DNA of 63,175 nucleotides, the filler included, from Chrysochromulina tobinii (Eukaryota): NCBI GenBank assembly GCA_001275005.1. It is 6 parts of 6 records of this genome, joined end to end, with 100 filler letters (N's around TTAATTAATTAA, not from the genome) between each part and the next. Parts side by side here need not be neighbours in the genome. Positions count along the whole stretch, not along the records: positions 1 to 24,382 come from JWZX01001239.1; 5 more parts are not named here. One strand, given 5' to 3'. Below are positions 1-11,651 of the stretch, piece by piece. The stretch's first letter is position 1. Every line of letters starts with the position of its first letter. A program made the translations under genes and the position numbers. The notes under the pieces are model-generated. The model searched no databases and had not been told where the DNA came from. It worked only from the letters and a program-made list of their open reading frames with translations.

Positions 1-751
1 CGCCGCCGCCGCCGCCGCCGCCGCCGCTGCCGCCACCGCCGCCGCCGCCGCCGCCGCCTGTATAGCAAGCGCCACTCTCGTCCCACTCTTCGCCCTCGCC
101 CTCGCCCTCGCCTTCGATGCCCTTGCTGCTGCTGCCCCCTGAGCTTCGGTGCGACAGCTTGGTGACGCACTTCATCGGTGTCGTGACAACTGAGAGGCCG
201 GGTTCGTGTAGCAGCAGGTTGGTATCGATGGGCGAAACGCGGATTCGGAAGCGCTGCTTGTCACGGTGCGACGACAGCGAAGTAATACGCAACTTGAAGA
301 GCGCGATGCCCTGCATGGCCACCACTTCTGTCTTGCCGACGAGCAGTGGCTCGCATGTTGCGAGCTGCTCGACAAGCTGGCCGTTCTCATAGAGCAACTC
401 TGCCTTGAGTGGCAGCTCCGCGTCCCGCCTACCAACTCGTGCGTCGAGCACCCCGATTTTTAGAGTGAAGTGCCGCAGGTTGGAGACCACCATCTCCTTC
501 TCCTCCTCACCGTTGGCCTTTGTGTGGGCATCGATGCGGTGCACAGTGTGGTCAAGGATCTGCAGGTGGCGACCGGGGCCGGGCAGCGCCGGGACCGTAT
601 TCACGAGGCTGCGCATGGCGGCAACGCCGCCCGTCGCGCCGGCCAGGAGGCCCGCCGCCGTCATGCCCGACATGGAGAGGCCCATAGCCTGGTACTCGGT
701 GTCAGAATATGGCACGCCGTAACTCGCGCCGTGTACTTCTTGAGACGGCAT
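1..751 (-). CDS. Partial (runs off the left edge) protein with a possible Ig-fold DNA-binding domain (CBP60/CudA-like) and a Gly-rich tail
   Basis: Hand-translated open frame from ATG 751, absent from the ORF track because it has no stop: ...LPLKAELLYENGQLV..EPLLVGKTEVVAMQGIALFKLRITSLSSHRDKQRFRIRVSP..VVTTPMKCVTKL. Confidence 0.5.
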   Translation of the reverse strand, partial: MPSQEVHGASYGVPYSDTEYQAMGLSMSGMTAAGLLAGATGGVAAMRSLVNTVPALPGPGRHLQILDHTVHRIDAHTKANGEEEKEMVVSNLRHFTLKIGVLDARVGRRDAELPLKAELLYENGQLVEQLATCEPLLVGKTEVVAMQGIALFKLRITSLSSHRDKQRFRIRVSPIDTNLLLHEPGLSVVTTPMKCVTKLSHRSSGGSSSKGIEGEGEGEGEEWDESGACYTGGGGGGGGGGSGGGGGGGG

Positions 752-1035
752 CTCGGGGCGCGAGAGAAATGCTGCGTCAGCGAGAGCGTTCATACTCGAC
801 GTCGCGGCGTACAAAGAGGCCCCGCCGTCTAACACGAAGACGACAAAGGAGCCCTGAGGCTATGGAGCGAGAACATACCCGGAAAAAGCCCGTCGCACTT
901 CCACAGAAAGTTCTCTCATGGGGAGAGCGAAAGTATCCATGTCCCTTGGACCGAAACTCCTATTCCGCTTGAAGACCGGAATGGAAAAGCTGGATTATCC
1001 GGATAGCGCACTGCGAAACCGGTTCGTCCCGCGGA

Positions 1036-2700
1036 ATGGCGTCTACTAGTAGGTTTGAGCTACAGCCGATAAGCGTGAAGCTCGCACGCCCGAGCTCTGC
1101 GCCCGCGCTGACGGCCATGCTCACTCGGAAGCTCAGTACCAACGAGCTTCTCACGCCGACACTCTTCAATCAGCATCCGCGTGCGCAACTGCTGGGCATA
1201 GTGCCATCGTCCCCTTCACTCGGTGCATTCAACGGCCACCGTGCACTGCGAGCGTCTCTCACGCGTGCGTCGAAGGCGCTGAACCATGGACAGCCCGCCT
1301 TTTCGCTGCTCGACCATGCTACGGCCGGTTCACAGCTTGTGCTCGAGGCAACTCGACCAGGCCACCAGACAGCTGCAGCACTCCCTCGCGCGACGACGGC
1401 GGAGCAGCCTCCCGACGACGAGGCAAAGGCGAGCAGTGCTGTGAAGCTCGCGACGAGGATCTATTATGAGGGATGTCTGCTTCACGAGCCGATGCCGGTC
1501 CTGCTGCCAACCATCGTGCGACTGTGAGAAGCCACGAGGCGAACTACCCCTCATGCGATGCTGCAGCTGTGATCGGCCCTGATGCTTCGTCTCGAATCTC
1601 TCGTGCCTCGCAGGCTGAGCGCCTTGCCACTGCTCCGTGGCGTTTCCGAGGCCGATATTGCAGCTCTCGCTGGCATGGCCGTCATACGTGTGGGTGACCG
1701 CTATCAGAGGCTCTACTGTGAAGGTAACGCGCTGCAAACCGATGGAGGTGACATCCACGTGGTGCTACACGGTACGCTCGAGTGCTCGCCCGGGGCTACG
1801 TTGGAGCTACAAAAGGGCGATCATGCCATGAAAGTGCAGGCGGCCGACTGCGCTGGGGCGGAGATGCTCGCATGTCCGGTCGAAGCGCGGCCTCTGCTTG
1901 CCAGATCGCACACGGCCTTGTGGGCCACCAATGGTGTCGAGCTGACGCTCCCATTTCGCGCGATCGACGCGCTCACGCTCGATGCCAACGTGCTCCGTTG
2001 CCTCGAGACCACCCTCTGCGCGCAGCTGCTAGCTCCGCTCCTGCCCGATAAATTCGCTCGCGTGCCCCCCACGGCTGCCGTGGCACAGCTCGCCTCGGCA
2101 GCGCGCCTTGTTTGGCGAGAGCCCGGCGAGCTCCTCTTTCGGCGAGGCACGCGCCCAGAGAGTCTGCTCTTCCTCGTCGGTGGGGCCGTTGAAATCCGAC
2201 CCGTCGCGCCAGATTACCCGACCGTTAGGCGTGAGCTCGGGCCTCTCTGCGCATCAGAGTTGCTGTCGAACGGTCAGTACAGCGTCGATGCGAGCGTGAG
2301 CTCGTCACACTCCGCATTGCTCGTGGAGGTCCCGGGGATCGAGGCCATCAACATCTTGTCAAGCCAGACAGTACTGCGACAGTGCATTGCAAGCCATGAT
2401 GTGCGGCTCAAACTGGCAGACAGCACCTCTGCACCCTTCCAGCGCGCGCTCCCGAAGCCGGACACGGCGCCACACACCGCGCGCGGAGGGAGCGCCAGTG
2501 CGCCTGCGCTGGTTCGGCCAGCCTCCGCCGGGCCCGCAGCGAACGCGCAGCTCGTACTCGACACAGCGCAGACGACACCAGACTGGTGGCATTCACGTGG
2601 CGAGGCGAAGAAGCGCGTGGCGCTGCTGGAAACTGCCAGCAGCCGCAAGGGCGAGGATGCCGAGATGCCTTGGACATATGTCATCTCCAAGGCACGGTGA
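1036..2700 (+). CDS. Cyclic-nucleotide-binding (CAP/Crp-fold) domain protein, probably two exons
   Basis: ORFs 1036-1527 and 1582-2700 are separated by a plausible short intron ending ctgcag at 1566. Two cNMP-like units: LPLLRGVSEADIAALA..RLYCEG..IHVVLHGTLE and PGELLFRRGTRPESLLFLVGGAVEI. Confidence 0.6.
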
Positions 2701-3543
2701 CGCCGGGGAAAGCCGCGCCGGGTCACTGCTAAGTGCAATAAGTGTGATCGCATGATCGGACTCGCCGCGCGGAGCGTGCAGAGCGATTGCCATCCCAGGG
2801 CACTCAGAATAACCGCCGCGCTGAGGCTACATCAACGGCGTACGTCGTCGACGCAAAAGGCATTAAGCGAGAACAAGGCCAGAAGGTAGCGCAGAAGGCC
2901 GCTGTCTCGACGTCCCGCTCCCGGAACGCGAGAACGCGAATCCGCATTGGAGTGACACCGTGAAAGATTCAGAGAGAGAGACAAGCGCGGTTCGGAACGA
3001 GCAAGCGCGTGCCGCGCGTCGCCGCAGTATACGTCGGAAACACGTCGTACGTCGTGTTTATTATAGTTTATACGCGTCGTTGCGAACTATATACAGGCCG
3101 TCTCCGCGAAGCAACTACATGATACGACGGTCGCTGTGTGACCCGCGATGCGTATCGGGCGGCGCGGGACGGGTACCCACGACGACGGGATGCGCGAGAC
3201 GCGTGACGAGGCCGACGGAGGCGGGAGGCGCGTCCCGCCGCGGCGGCACCGCCGCCGGGACGGTCGCGCTCGACGTGCCGGAACGGCTTGATCTTGATCT
3301 TCGCCCGTGGTAACCGGCGCGCCCTGCCATCTCCGTACCAACCGCGTACGCGTCCGCCGTGACACACTCCTTCAGCGCAGAGGGGCGCGGGCGAAAGTTC
3401 AAAGTAACGGTCCGCACTCTCGGTCTGAAGGCGACTTGGTGATGCGTGCGAGAACTCGGGCCATAAATAGCGGGCTACAAAAAGCGCACCGAGCACTTAG
3501 GGGATGTGCGTCCTTCACCACGTTTGGCTGATCACCGACCAGG

Positions 3544-5909
3544 TCAGTCAAGCGGTGGCGAAGCGTCCGGCAAGCTGCCGGCTGATGACCCAAGGCGCTC
3601 AAGGCGCCGGCGCCGGAGCTCCTCGCGCTCGCCGGATCTCGAAGGAGAGATAGGTGTCGATGCTTCCGGCGCTGCCGCAAAAGAAGATTGGGCGCCAGCA
3701 TCGCTCATACTGCTCGCGCTCCGTCGAGGTGGCGTCGAATGCACAGCATCGCTCGTGCTGCAGGCGCAGCTGGCAGAGCAAGGCCCGCCCACAGATGAGC
3801 CCGCTGCCCCCCCCACTTGAGGAGGGCTGCCCACCGCAAATACGGGCGAAGCCGGCGCAATGGCTGCGGGGGGCGACCTTAATGCTGACGGCACTGGGGT
3901 CGGAGCCGAGCCGCTCACAGGCGGCGTGATCGCGTCCAGACATTGCTGCAGCCACGCGATCTGAGCTTGCAGATAGGCAGCTGTCGCCGACGTTGCCGGC
4001 GGTGCCTGTAGCCCCGCTGGTAAGAAGAAGGGAGAGGCGAAGAGGTTGGGCGCGAGCCCTGGCGGCAATATGCCTGGCGGGAGTACGCCTGCCGGGATGC
4101 CAGGCAGTATGCCCATCCCAAGGCCGCCGATGCCGCCGCCGAAGCCGCCGCCGAAGCCAGCGCCCATCGGGCTTCCAAAGCCTCCCATCGCCATGTGCGG
4201 CATGTTTGGCGGCGCGGTGGTGATTCCGCCCACGGTGAAGGGCGCGAACGGAGGCGCCCCCATGGCCGCCGTTGGCGTGCCCATGGATGGCACGTTCCCA
4301 GGCATCATGCCTACACCCAAGCCTGCACCCGCACCGCCGTCGGCACCTGGCCAGTGAGCACCACCGAATGGGACGCCACCCAGTACGCCGCCCATGAAGG
4401 GCATCCCAGCGGGCGGTGGCATCCCGCCGAAGAGCGGCGCACCGGCTGCGACGGAGGCCGCCGCGCCCGCAGGGTTGTTCACAGACGGAAAGGCCTGCGG
4501 GATGGCTGGTAAACCCATGCCGCGCGGCGGCGTTCCCAACAAGACAGCTGGGTCTGCAGGCTGCCCCAGGAAGGGCTCGGCCACTGCGCGCAGTGGCGCA
4601 GCGGCTGTGGCCGCGGCTGCTGCCGCCGCCGAGGCATTGGCAGCGGCGGTGGCATCTTGAGGATGGGCGTGAGGATGGGCTTGAGGATGCGCGTCGGCCG
4701 CGTTGTTGGCTGCTCGACCAGCGGCGGCCGCTGCACCAGCTGCTGTCGGTCGCTCGTCCGGCGTCTCGATGGGGGCACGACATGTCGGGCAAGTCTGCTG
4801 GCGCTCGAGCCACGAGCGCAGGCAGTGGAAGTGGAAGATGTGGCCGCACGCGAGCTTCTTGCCCGAGTCGATATGCTCACGGCAGATGATGCAGATGCGG
4901 TCGGTGCGTTCGAGCTCCTCCTCGGTCGCGTCGGGGAATCGCTCGTGCATGTTGTGCGCGATGCGCCGGTAGCGGATAAAGTCGGCCACGCGCGTTCTGA
5001 AGGAGCGGATGGTGAGGTACAGGTCGCGCATGATGTGCAGCGGCAATCCGTAGTACGTGCAGATGAGCACGAAGAAGGCGAGGTACACGAGCATGTGGAA
5101 GAGATCGGTTACCAGTTCGAGGTAGAACAGGTAGACTCCCTTGTCGTCCCACCGGCCGCCCAGGCGCAGATCGTTGACGTGCAGCGCGTACTTGGAGAAA
5201 GTTGAGCACACAGTCGACGCCAGGATTAGGTACTCGAATGCGAAGAGGAGCAGCACTGAGGGGCCGCGCTGGAGCGACGTGCCAATCGCGTGGTGGAGGA
5301 AAGCGCAGTCGAGAGTGAAGAGCAGCGCCATTAGGCAGAGCATGCGCGCGTGCGTCGCGTAAGACGTGGCCGGGCTCTGCTCCATGTACGAGACACGGTC
5401 CTGCATGAGCCAATGGAAGATCTTGAGGAAGAGCAGAGCGGTGAAGAGTGCCACGAAGCGGAAGTTGAGCTCCTCGCGAAAGATCGTCATGGCAAGGCAC
5501 GTCTCCGTGATCGCGTACCACGAGCGCTCGTACAGTGATTCCACCTCAGCATCACGAAGCCGGCCGAAGAAGAGCCGTTTACACAGCTTGCCAAACAGGA
5601 AGGTGATGACGAGCGCCTCGTTTCCGAGCACCATCAGCGAAACCTTGGAGGAGGTGAGGTGTATGACCTGCATGGGACACGCTGTCAGTGCGCTTTGCTG
5701 CCGCAGGCAGAGAGGGTGCAGAGGAGGCGGCAGAAGCCTTGAAAGCGCCAGACCAGGCTGGCTGCATGGCCAACAGCAAATTGCGAAAGATCGATGCAGC
5801 TGGCCCTGCGCACCGTCGGGTAGAATTGCCGGCGCTGCTCGTGCGCGTGGTAGCAGACCATGACGAGTAGCGCCGTGGACGCCGTGGCATACGCGGAGAA
5901 AGACTGCAT
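3544..5909 (-). CDS. HRD1: ERAD E3 ubiquitin ligase HRD1/synoviolin; exons 5909-5814 and 5667-3544
   Basis: Removing GT-AG intron 5668-5813 gives QFYPT|VIHLTSSK. Also FFGRLRDAEVESLYERSWYAITETCLAMTIFR, TM segments, RING-H2 CIICRE..CGHIFHFHCLRSWLERQQTCPTCR and C-terminal ELRRRRLERL. Confidence 0.95.
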
Positions 5910-6076
5910 CGCAGACGCGTAGTTGCGCACGCACGTTCACATGCATGTTTTCGGCAAAGTTCACATGTGTGATTTCACGTCGAGAAGTTCACGCGACATA
6001 AACAGCTCTGTTGTTCGAAGTTTGGCGGACTCGAATGTCTGCTCGACCGGCTCCTGCGGCCACACCGCACGAGACC

Positions 6077-6655
6077 ATGAGTACGGCACAGCTCCAGCAC
6101 GAGCTCGACGAAATCCAGGCGCGCATCGACGCGAGCACCACGCGCATGGTTCGAACGGCCCACGAGGCCTCGGCGTGTGGCGCCGCAACTCTCTGTGAGC
6201 TCAACCTGCAGGGAGATGTGCTCAGGCGCGTCCGTGCCGACCAGCAGGTAATAGAAGACAATCTTGCGACCTCCGACCGTCTGCTCCGTGGGCTGGAGTC
6301 GTGGCGCGGCGCTGCAACTAATGCATTCTCTAGTTGGTGGTATGGTGAAGACAGCACAAGCAGCAGTGGTGGCGGCGGCGGTCAGGATGGTGCGGCGCAG
6401 GCCATTGCTGCGCCTGACATTCGCAGCTCGACGACCCGGGCAAATGTCGCCCCATCGTCCGCCACTGCAGGCCGCGACGGCTCACTCTCAGAGCTCTCCA
6501 GTATCGTCTCTGGCCTGTGTGCACAGGCGAACGCGATGAATGCGGAGATTTCGACCCATTGTGCCACCATCGATGCCGCATTGATGACCGCTGACGCGCA
6601 GTCGATGCACATTCAGCGTAACACGCAGAGGACGAGGGTAGCCGGTGGCAGATGA
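6077..6655 (+). CDS. SNAP25/SNAP29-like Qbc-SNARE
   Basis: Two SNARE helices (STTRMVRTAHEASACGAATLCELNLQGDVLRRV..NLATSDRLLRGLESW and LSELSSIVSGLCAQANAMNAEISTH) with a linker. Confidence 0.8.
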   Translation: MSTAQLQHELDEIQARIDASTTRMVRTAHEASACGAATLCELNLQGDVLRRVRADQQVIEDNLATSDRLLRGLESWRGAATNAFSSWWYGEDSTSSSGGGGGQDGAAQAIAAPDIRSSTTRANVAPSSATAGRDGSLSELSSIVSGLCAQANAMNAEISTHCATIDAALMTADAQSMHIQRNTQRTRVAGGR

Positions 6656-7133
6656 ATCGCATGCTCAACAAACCGCCGCGCTACTCGGGGCAGCATACAA
6701 TATTAGAGAGTCTCTCGTCTGTTTCGGTGACAGGCACGACTGTTTTCAACTGTGACAGTTGGCGCCTACTTGGGAACCGCAAGCTCCGGCTCACAGCCGT
6801 TTCACGCAGAGCTGGTTTTGTGAACTATGATACCCGGAGACACTTTGTTTAGTTGGCCGAGACGGGGGCGAGAGTCAGTTCCTCAGAGCTCACGAGGTCA
6901 GCGAGGGTCAGGGTGTTGACCCTGGGGGTGTACCTCGCATTCCGAGGTACATTCTCCAGTTTCATGTGTTGCAGGACTACAATTGTATTGCAGGCGATTT
7001 GTGCCGAGGTGACCGAGTTCCTCGTGTTCACACGCAGAGTTCTGACGGTTTCGACCCTGGGACGCAGGAGCATTGCGGGCTCCTGGCTCCTGCGGACCCG
7101 GCGGGCCAACCACGTTGATCTTGCATTGTCAAA

Positions 7134-8147
7134 ATGGTGTTTGCATTCGTCTCGGCAACACTATTGGCCGCGCTGCATCCAGGTTGGCCCGTAAAGGACC
7201 CAAAGATTGCCGCCTCAGAAGCGGCGGTCACCAATCTGATGAAGGCGAGCGACCCGTTGCTGCTCTGGGTTCGGCAGCTGCTGCCAGAAAGAAGGCGAGC
7301 AAGTGCTAGTGCCCTGTATGCCTGGTGCCGGCGCCTGGATGAGATTGTGGATGCGCCCGCCGCGTCTGTCACGCGCTGCAAAAAGTCGCAACAGCTCAGC
7401 GACTGGGCACAACGGCTGGACGAGTTGTGGGCTGGTGTGCCGCGAGACGATCTGGATGCAGCTGTTACATTAACGATTCGCAGGGAGCCGGCGCTGACGC
7501 GGCAGCCGTTTGACGCCATGCTCGCTGGCATGCGCATGGACGCGACTAGCGAGAACTTGCGCTTCGAGCATTTTCGTGACCAGGCCAACAATGAGACCAG
7601 CTTGCTATTTTATTGCTACCGTGTCGCGGGTACGGTTGGCGAGATGCTCCTGCCAGTACTGGGCCTCGACGAATGCGATGTGCGCGATGAGGCGATCGCA
7701 CTCGGATGCGCCATCCAGCTCTTGAATATAATGCGCGACTGTGCCGACGATCTGAACACGCGCGGGCGGCTCTACCTCCCACTCGCGGATGCGGCGCGCG
7801 TCGGGCTGAGCGAAGCCGATCTCGAACGGATCATTCGCTCGCGCGTGCCCACCGCAGAATACCAGCGCCTCCTTCGCCTACAAGGACGTCGAGCTGCCGT
7901 GTTGCTCGCACGCGCGGAGCAGTCACTTTCCAAGCTCCCAAGCACGGCCACAGCCGTGGCAGTGGCTGTGCTCATCGAGTTGCATCGTGCACTGCTGCAG
8001 CAATTGCGAGACAGCAGCTACAATAACCTGAGCGCTCAGGCCGTGGGCTCGCGCCGCTTGCGCGTGTCGCCCGTGTGGAAGGTGCTCATCACTGCACGCA
8101 CGGCGGCCCGTGTTCTTTGGCAGCGCGTGACTGTCTCAAGCGCGTAG
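7134..8147 (+). CDS. Phytoene/squalene synthase family protein (CrtB/PSY-like)
   Basis: ALYAWCRRLDEIVD, GMRMD, YCYRVAGTVG, ALGCAIQLLNIMRDCADD..RGRLYLP; hydrophobic N-terminus. Confidence 0.85.
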   Translation: MVFAFVSATLLAALHPGWPVKDPKIAASEAAVTNLMKASDPLLLWVRQLLPERRRASASALYAWCRRLDEIVDAPAASVTRCKKSQQLSDWAQRLDELWAGVPRDDLDAAVTLTIRREPALTRQPFDAMLAGMRMDATSENLRFEHFRDQANNETSLLFYCYRVAGTVGEMLLPVLGLDECDVRDEAIALGCAIQLLNIMRDCADDLNTRGRLYLPLADAARVGLSEADLERIIRSRVPTAEYQRLLRLQGRRAAVLLARAEQSLSKLPSTATAVAVAVLIELHRALLQQLRDSSYNNLSAQAVGSRRLRVSPVWKVLITARTAARVLWQRVTVSSA

Positions 8148-8293
8148 CACCCATGGGCTCGCACGGAAACTCTTCCCTGCCTGTGTACGCAAGCTGGTAC
8201 CCGCAAGCTTGGTAGGGTGTCGTACAAGAGTCGAGCGTCGTCGCGAGCGGGTCCGAGCACTGATTCGAATCCGACCGCGCCCATAATCCGCCC

Positions 8294-9316
8294 ATGCCAA
8301 CTTCGCGCTCGAACGAGAATGAGCATGCGCTCCTCGAGCCGCCGACAGACGGCGTGACATCCGTACGATGGGATCCCGCTTCGCGACTTCTCCTCGCTTC
8401 GTCATGGGACAAGATGGTTCGCCTTTACGATGCTCATCGGGGCGAAACAATGGACGTTATCAGTGTTCCCGTGCCCGTGCTTGATGCAGACTTTGTTGGC
8501 GATGCATCGCGCGCAGTCAGTGGAGCCCTAGACGGAGCTCTGCGACTCCATGGTCTGCGCTCCGGCGGTGAGACGGTCCTAGGCTCCCATTCAGGTGGAG
8601 TGAGTTGCGTGCGCCACTGTGCTGCGCTCGGGCATGACAGCGTAGTCTCAGGCTCGTGGGACCGCACTCTGAAGCTTTGGGACGTACGCGCTTCGGAAGC
8701 ATGTGTAGGGACGTTTGAACAGCCCGACAAGGTGCTTAGCCTGTGTGCGAGAGCACCCGCTGCGGCTGCGGGACAGCCTCCACTGCTCGTCCTCACGACC
8801 GCAGGCAGGCAGGTCATGATAATCGACCTGCGCAAACCGACAGAGACGCTTCAGCATCGCGAGTCATCGCTCAAGTGTCAGACGCGGTGCGTCGCACAGA
8901 TGCCGTCGGGTGAGGGCTACACGATCGGGTCCGTCGAGGGACGCGTAGCCGTCGAGTACATCGACACGGCAGCCGAGTCACGCAAGTACGCGTTTAAAGC
9001 CCACCGGCTCACCGTGGGCGGCGTCGACACTAGCTTCCCGGTGAACTCAATCGCCTTTCATCCACGCTACGGCACCTTCGCAACGGGCGGTTGCGACGGC
9101 AACGTCTACGTTTGGGATGCCGAGAAGAAGAAGCGCATCTGCCAACTGCGCCGCTACCCTACGTCGATTGCTGCCCTTACCTTCTCCCCAGATGGCGAGT
9201 TTCTCGCGGTTGCTGCATCATACACCTACGAAGCCGGCGACGTCCCTCATCCGGACGAAGCCATCTACGTCCGTAAGCTGACAACCGCTGAAGTCAAGTC
9301 CAAGGAGACCAAGTGA
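8294..9316 (+). CDS. BUB3: Mitotic checkpoint WD40 protein BUB3
   Basis: PPTDGVTSVRW, LLASSWD, RESSLKCQTRC, GSVEGRVAVEY, KYAFKAHR, FHPRYGTFATGGCDG, KKKRICQL..YPTSIA. Confidence 0.93.
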   Translation: MPTSRSNENEHALLEPPTDGVTSVRWDPASRLLLASSWDKMVRLYDAHRGETMDVISVPVPVLDADFVGDASRAVSGALDGALRLHGLRSGGETVLGSHSGGVSCVRHCAALGHDSVVSGSWDRTLKLWDVRASEACVGTFEQPDKVLSLCARAPAAAAGQPPLLVLTTAGRQVMIIDLRKPTETLQHRESSLKCQTRCVAQMPSGEGYTIGSVEGRVAVEYIDTAAESRKYAFKAHRLTVGGVDTSFPVNSIAFHPRYGTFATGGCDGNVYVWDAEKKKRICQLRRYPTSIAALTFSPDGEFLAVAASYTYEAGDVPHPDEAIYVRKLTTAEVKSKETK

Positions 9317-9961
9317 GTGGGCTGTTGTACACTTCCGGAGCCCGGATAGCCCGCACCGCGGACCCTGCAGCTGCGCGGGGACGAGGCTGAGACGTCGGGC
9401 AGTTTAAAGGCAGGAGATAGCTCACGTTCTTCCGGACGATAGATGAGCATCAGTAACAGTGAGAGACAAAACCAGCGCGAATTGTGTAGAGAGTCTCGAG
9501 CGGTGACGGACCTCGGCGGAGAGTCTGTGCACGTCGAGTCCGCCCCCGCCGCCCCGCGGGCCCGGCGCCAGCGCATGAAATACGGACTTACCTCTTACGG
9601 AGATATGTTATATAGTTCTAGCAGACTATGAATCGCACTCCACGCACCACGGACCGCGGGCGACCGGCCGCGCCGGGGGCGGAGGGTGGCGGATCGCGAT
9701 CGGGCGTCGGCGAACGGCGGCGTCGTTCGTTAGCCGTTCGGGCGGCGCGGCGTGGCCGGTGCGCGCCAGTGTACAGACTGAGAATCGAGCGCCGGCGCCG
9801 GCCGACGCGAGGCCGACGCGCGCGACAGCCGCGCGTGGGAGCTGGGACCGGCCGGACCGACCCGAAGAGATGAGAGGCAGCGGAGGAGGCCCGAACGCGC
9901 CCAACTCGGCGCCCACTCGCCGTAAACTCGCCGCTCGACCTCATGGGCCGGATGAACGCGC

Positions 9962-11335
9962 CTAACTTCGGCCGCGTCGATGCCCTCGTCCGTGCTGCGC
10001 TTGCCCGTTTGGCGCGCGCTCTTTGTCACTGCTGCCATCGTTGCTTCGCAGGTTGCCACCATCCCTTGAACCATCCCTGTCTTTGGAAGCACGCTCGCCA
10101 GCCCAGGATGGAGATGGAGGCACAGGCAGCGTGTCTCTGACAGCACTGGCAACTGCGGCGGCGTCCCACTCGGCGTAGCCACCAAAGTAGGTGTAGAACT
10201 CAGCTTTCGTGTAGCTCTGCCCATCGAGGGCCTTGCGTGTCTCGGGAGGCGGAGGCGGCGGTGGCAACGGTTGCGGAGTTCTCTGCAGCGCAGGCTGTGA
10301 CGTTGGCGGAGCACTGGTAGGAGTACTGGAGGCGAGCGCTCCGAGTGCATGATCGGTCCTCTTCGACGGTTGGTCGGGTCGTCGAGGAAGCTCGCACTTG
10401 GGCTCGATGCGGGAGATCCCTCCCGCGGTCAGACTTTGGGCAGGGATGAGCGTGCGGCACACTGGGCAGGGCAGAGGTTCCTCATCCCGCGCTTGCTGTA
10501 GCGCCAGCTGCTCATCTGCCGCGGCCGTCTCAGCGACGGCCGCCAACTCTGCGCACCTCTCTTTGGCCTTCGTTGCACGCGATTCGAGGCGGGCGCATTC
10601 TGCGCTTGAACCCGCGATCTCCTCCTCGAGCTTGCGCAAAGCCACGGCTGGGGCAGGTGGGTCTGCCGAGCGGAGCACCAACAACCGCTCTGTCAACGCC
10701 TCGACGCTTGAATTGCAAGCGAGGGCTTTCGCTTGCAAATCGGCCAAGGAGGCATCAGCCGCACGTGCGCTTGCACGTGCAGCAGACGCTCGTGATGGTG
10801 CACCTTCAGCCGCCTCGCCCTTGGATGCCGGTGGAGTGTAGGCGAAGCGCCAGTTCGAGAGACAACCAACGTGGAATGAGTGAAAGCAGTTTGGTGCTAG
10901 GTAGACCTGGCGAGGCCCGCTATCGGGCTCGTCCTCGGAGGGCTCGAACAGTTCATCCCGGCATATCGAGCACGTGCCGCCCACGTTCATCTCAGTGAGC
11001 AGCGCAACACCAGCCTCAAGCGCAGCGAAGAGGCAGGGCTCCCCAACATTATCCAACACGCAAGCCCGGACCTCGCGTAGCAGTCTGACTTCCTCCTCCT
11101 CGACGAGCCCGCGTGTGCCATGAACCCTAACTTGTGCCGCCGCCTCCGGATACCCTGGTGACAGCTGGATCTCCATGACGCACTCCGCGAACCGTTGCAA
11201 ATCCGCGCCGCCACTGTGCGGCCTCAGTTTGACGGAGACCAATGTTCCCTCGGCGCTTTGTACGATACTCAGCTCATCTGAGGTGTACATGGCCGAGATG
11301 AGCTCGAGCTCCCCTTGCACTTGCGTGTCGCTCAT
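9962..11335 (-). CDS. RWD domain + split RING E3 ligase (RNF25-like)
   Basis: ELELISAMY..LSPGYP..GEPCLFAALE (RWD). CSICRDEL..CFHSFHVGCL..(coiled insert)..CPVCR. Confidence 0.8.
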   Translation of the reverse strand: MSDTQVQGELELISAMYTSDELSIVQSAEGTLVSVKLRPHSGGADLQRFAECVMEIQLSPGYPEAAAQVRVHGTRGLVEEEEVRLLREVRACVLDNVGEPCLFAALEAGVALLTEMNVGGTCSICRDELFEPSEDEPDSGPRQVYLAPNCFHSFHVGCLSNWRFAYTPPASKGEAAEGAPSRASAARASARAADASLADLQAKALACNSSVEALTERLLVLRSADPPAPAVALRKLEEEIAGSSAECARLESRATKAKERCAELAAVAETAAADEQLALQQARDEEPLPCPVCRTLIPAQSLTAGGISRIEPKCELPRRPDQPSKRTDHALGALASSTPTSAPPTSQPALQRTPQPLPPPPPPPETRKALDGQSYTKAEFYTYFGGYAEWDAAAVASAVRDTLPVPPSPSWAGERASKDRDGSRDGGNLRSNDGSSDKERAPNGQAQHGRGHRRGRS

Positions 11336-11651
11336 GTCTGCGGAGCAGCGGCCAGCACGGGCGATGGGAAGGAAGAACTGAAGGTTGCCCCTTGTGAAGG
11401 GCCCCTTGTGAAAGGCAAAGTCCTGGGCGCACACCTTTCCTGTTTTTCCAACACGCAGCTCTAAGCCTCACATACGGCGTCTCCGAAACGTATTTGACAG
11501 TATTCGCATGAACTCTCGTCAAAGCACACATGTATTTCTATGCAAGCCCTGCTTTGCGTGCTCGCGCGCGCCTGAGTCATCGTGTCTGTGCGCCGCGCTG
11601 ACAGTCTGTGCGTGCGCTCGCAGCGTCTCAGTTACCTTCTGAAGACACCTG

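Noticed and set aside
3544..11335. Apparent ubiquitin/trafficking gene cluster
   Set aside because: Interspersed with unrelated genes, consistent with a compact eukaryotic genome rather than an operon-like system.
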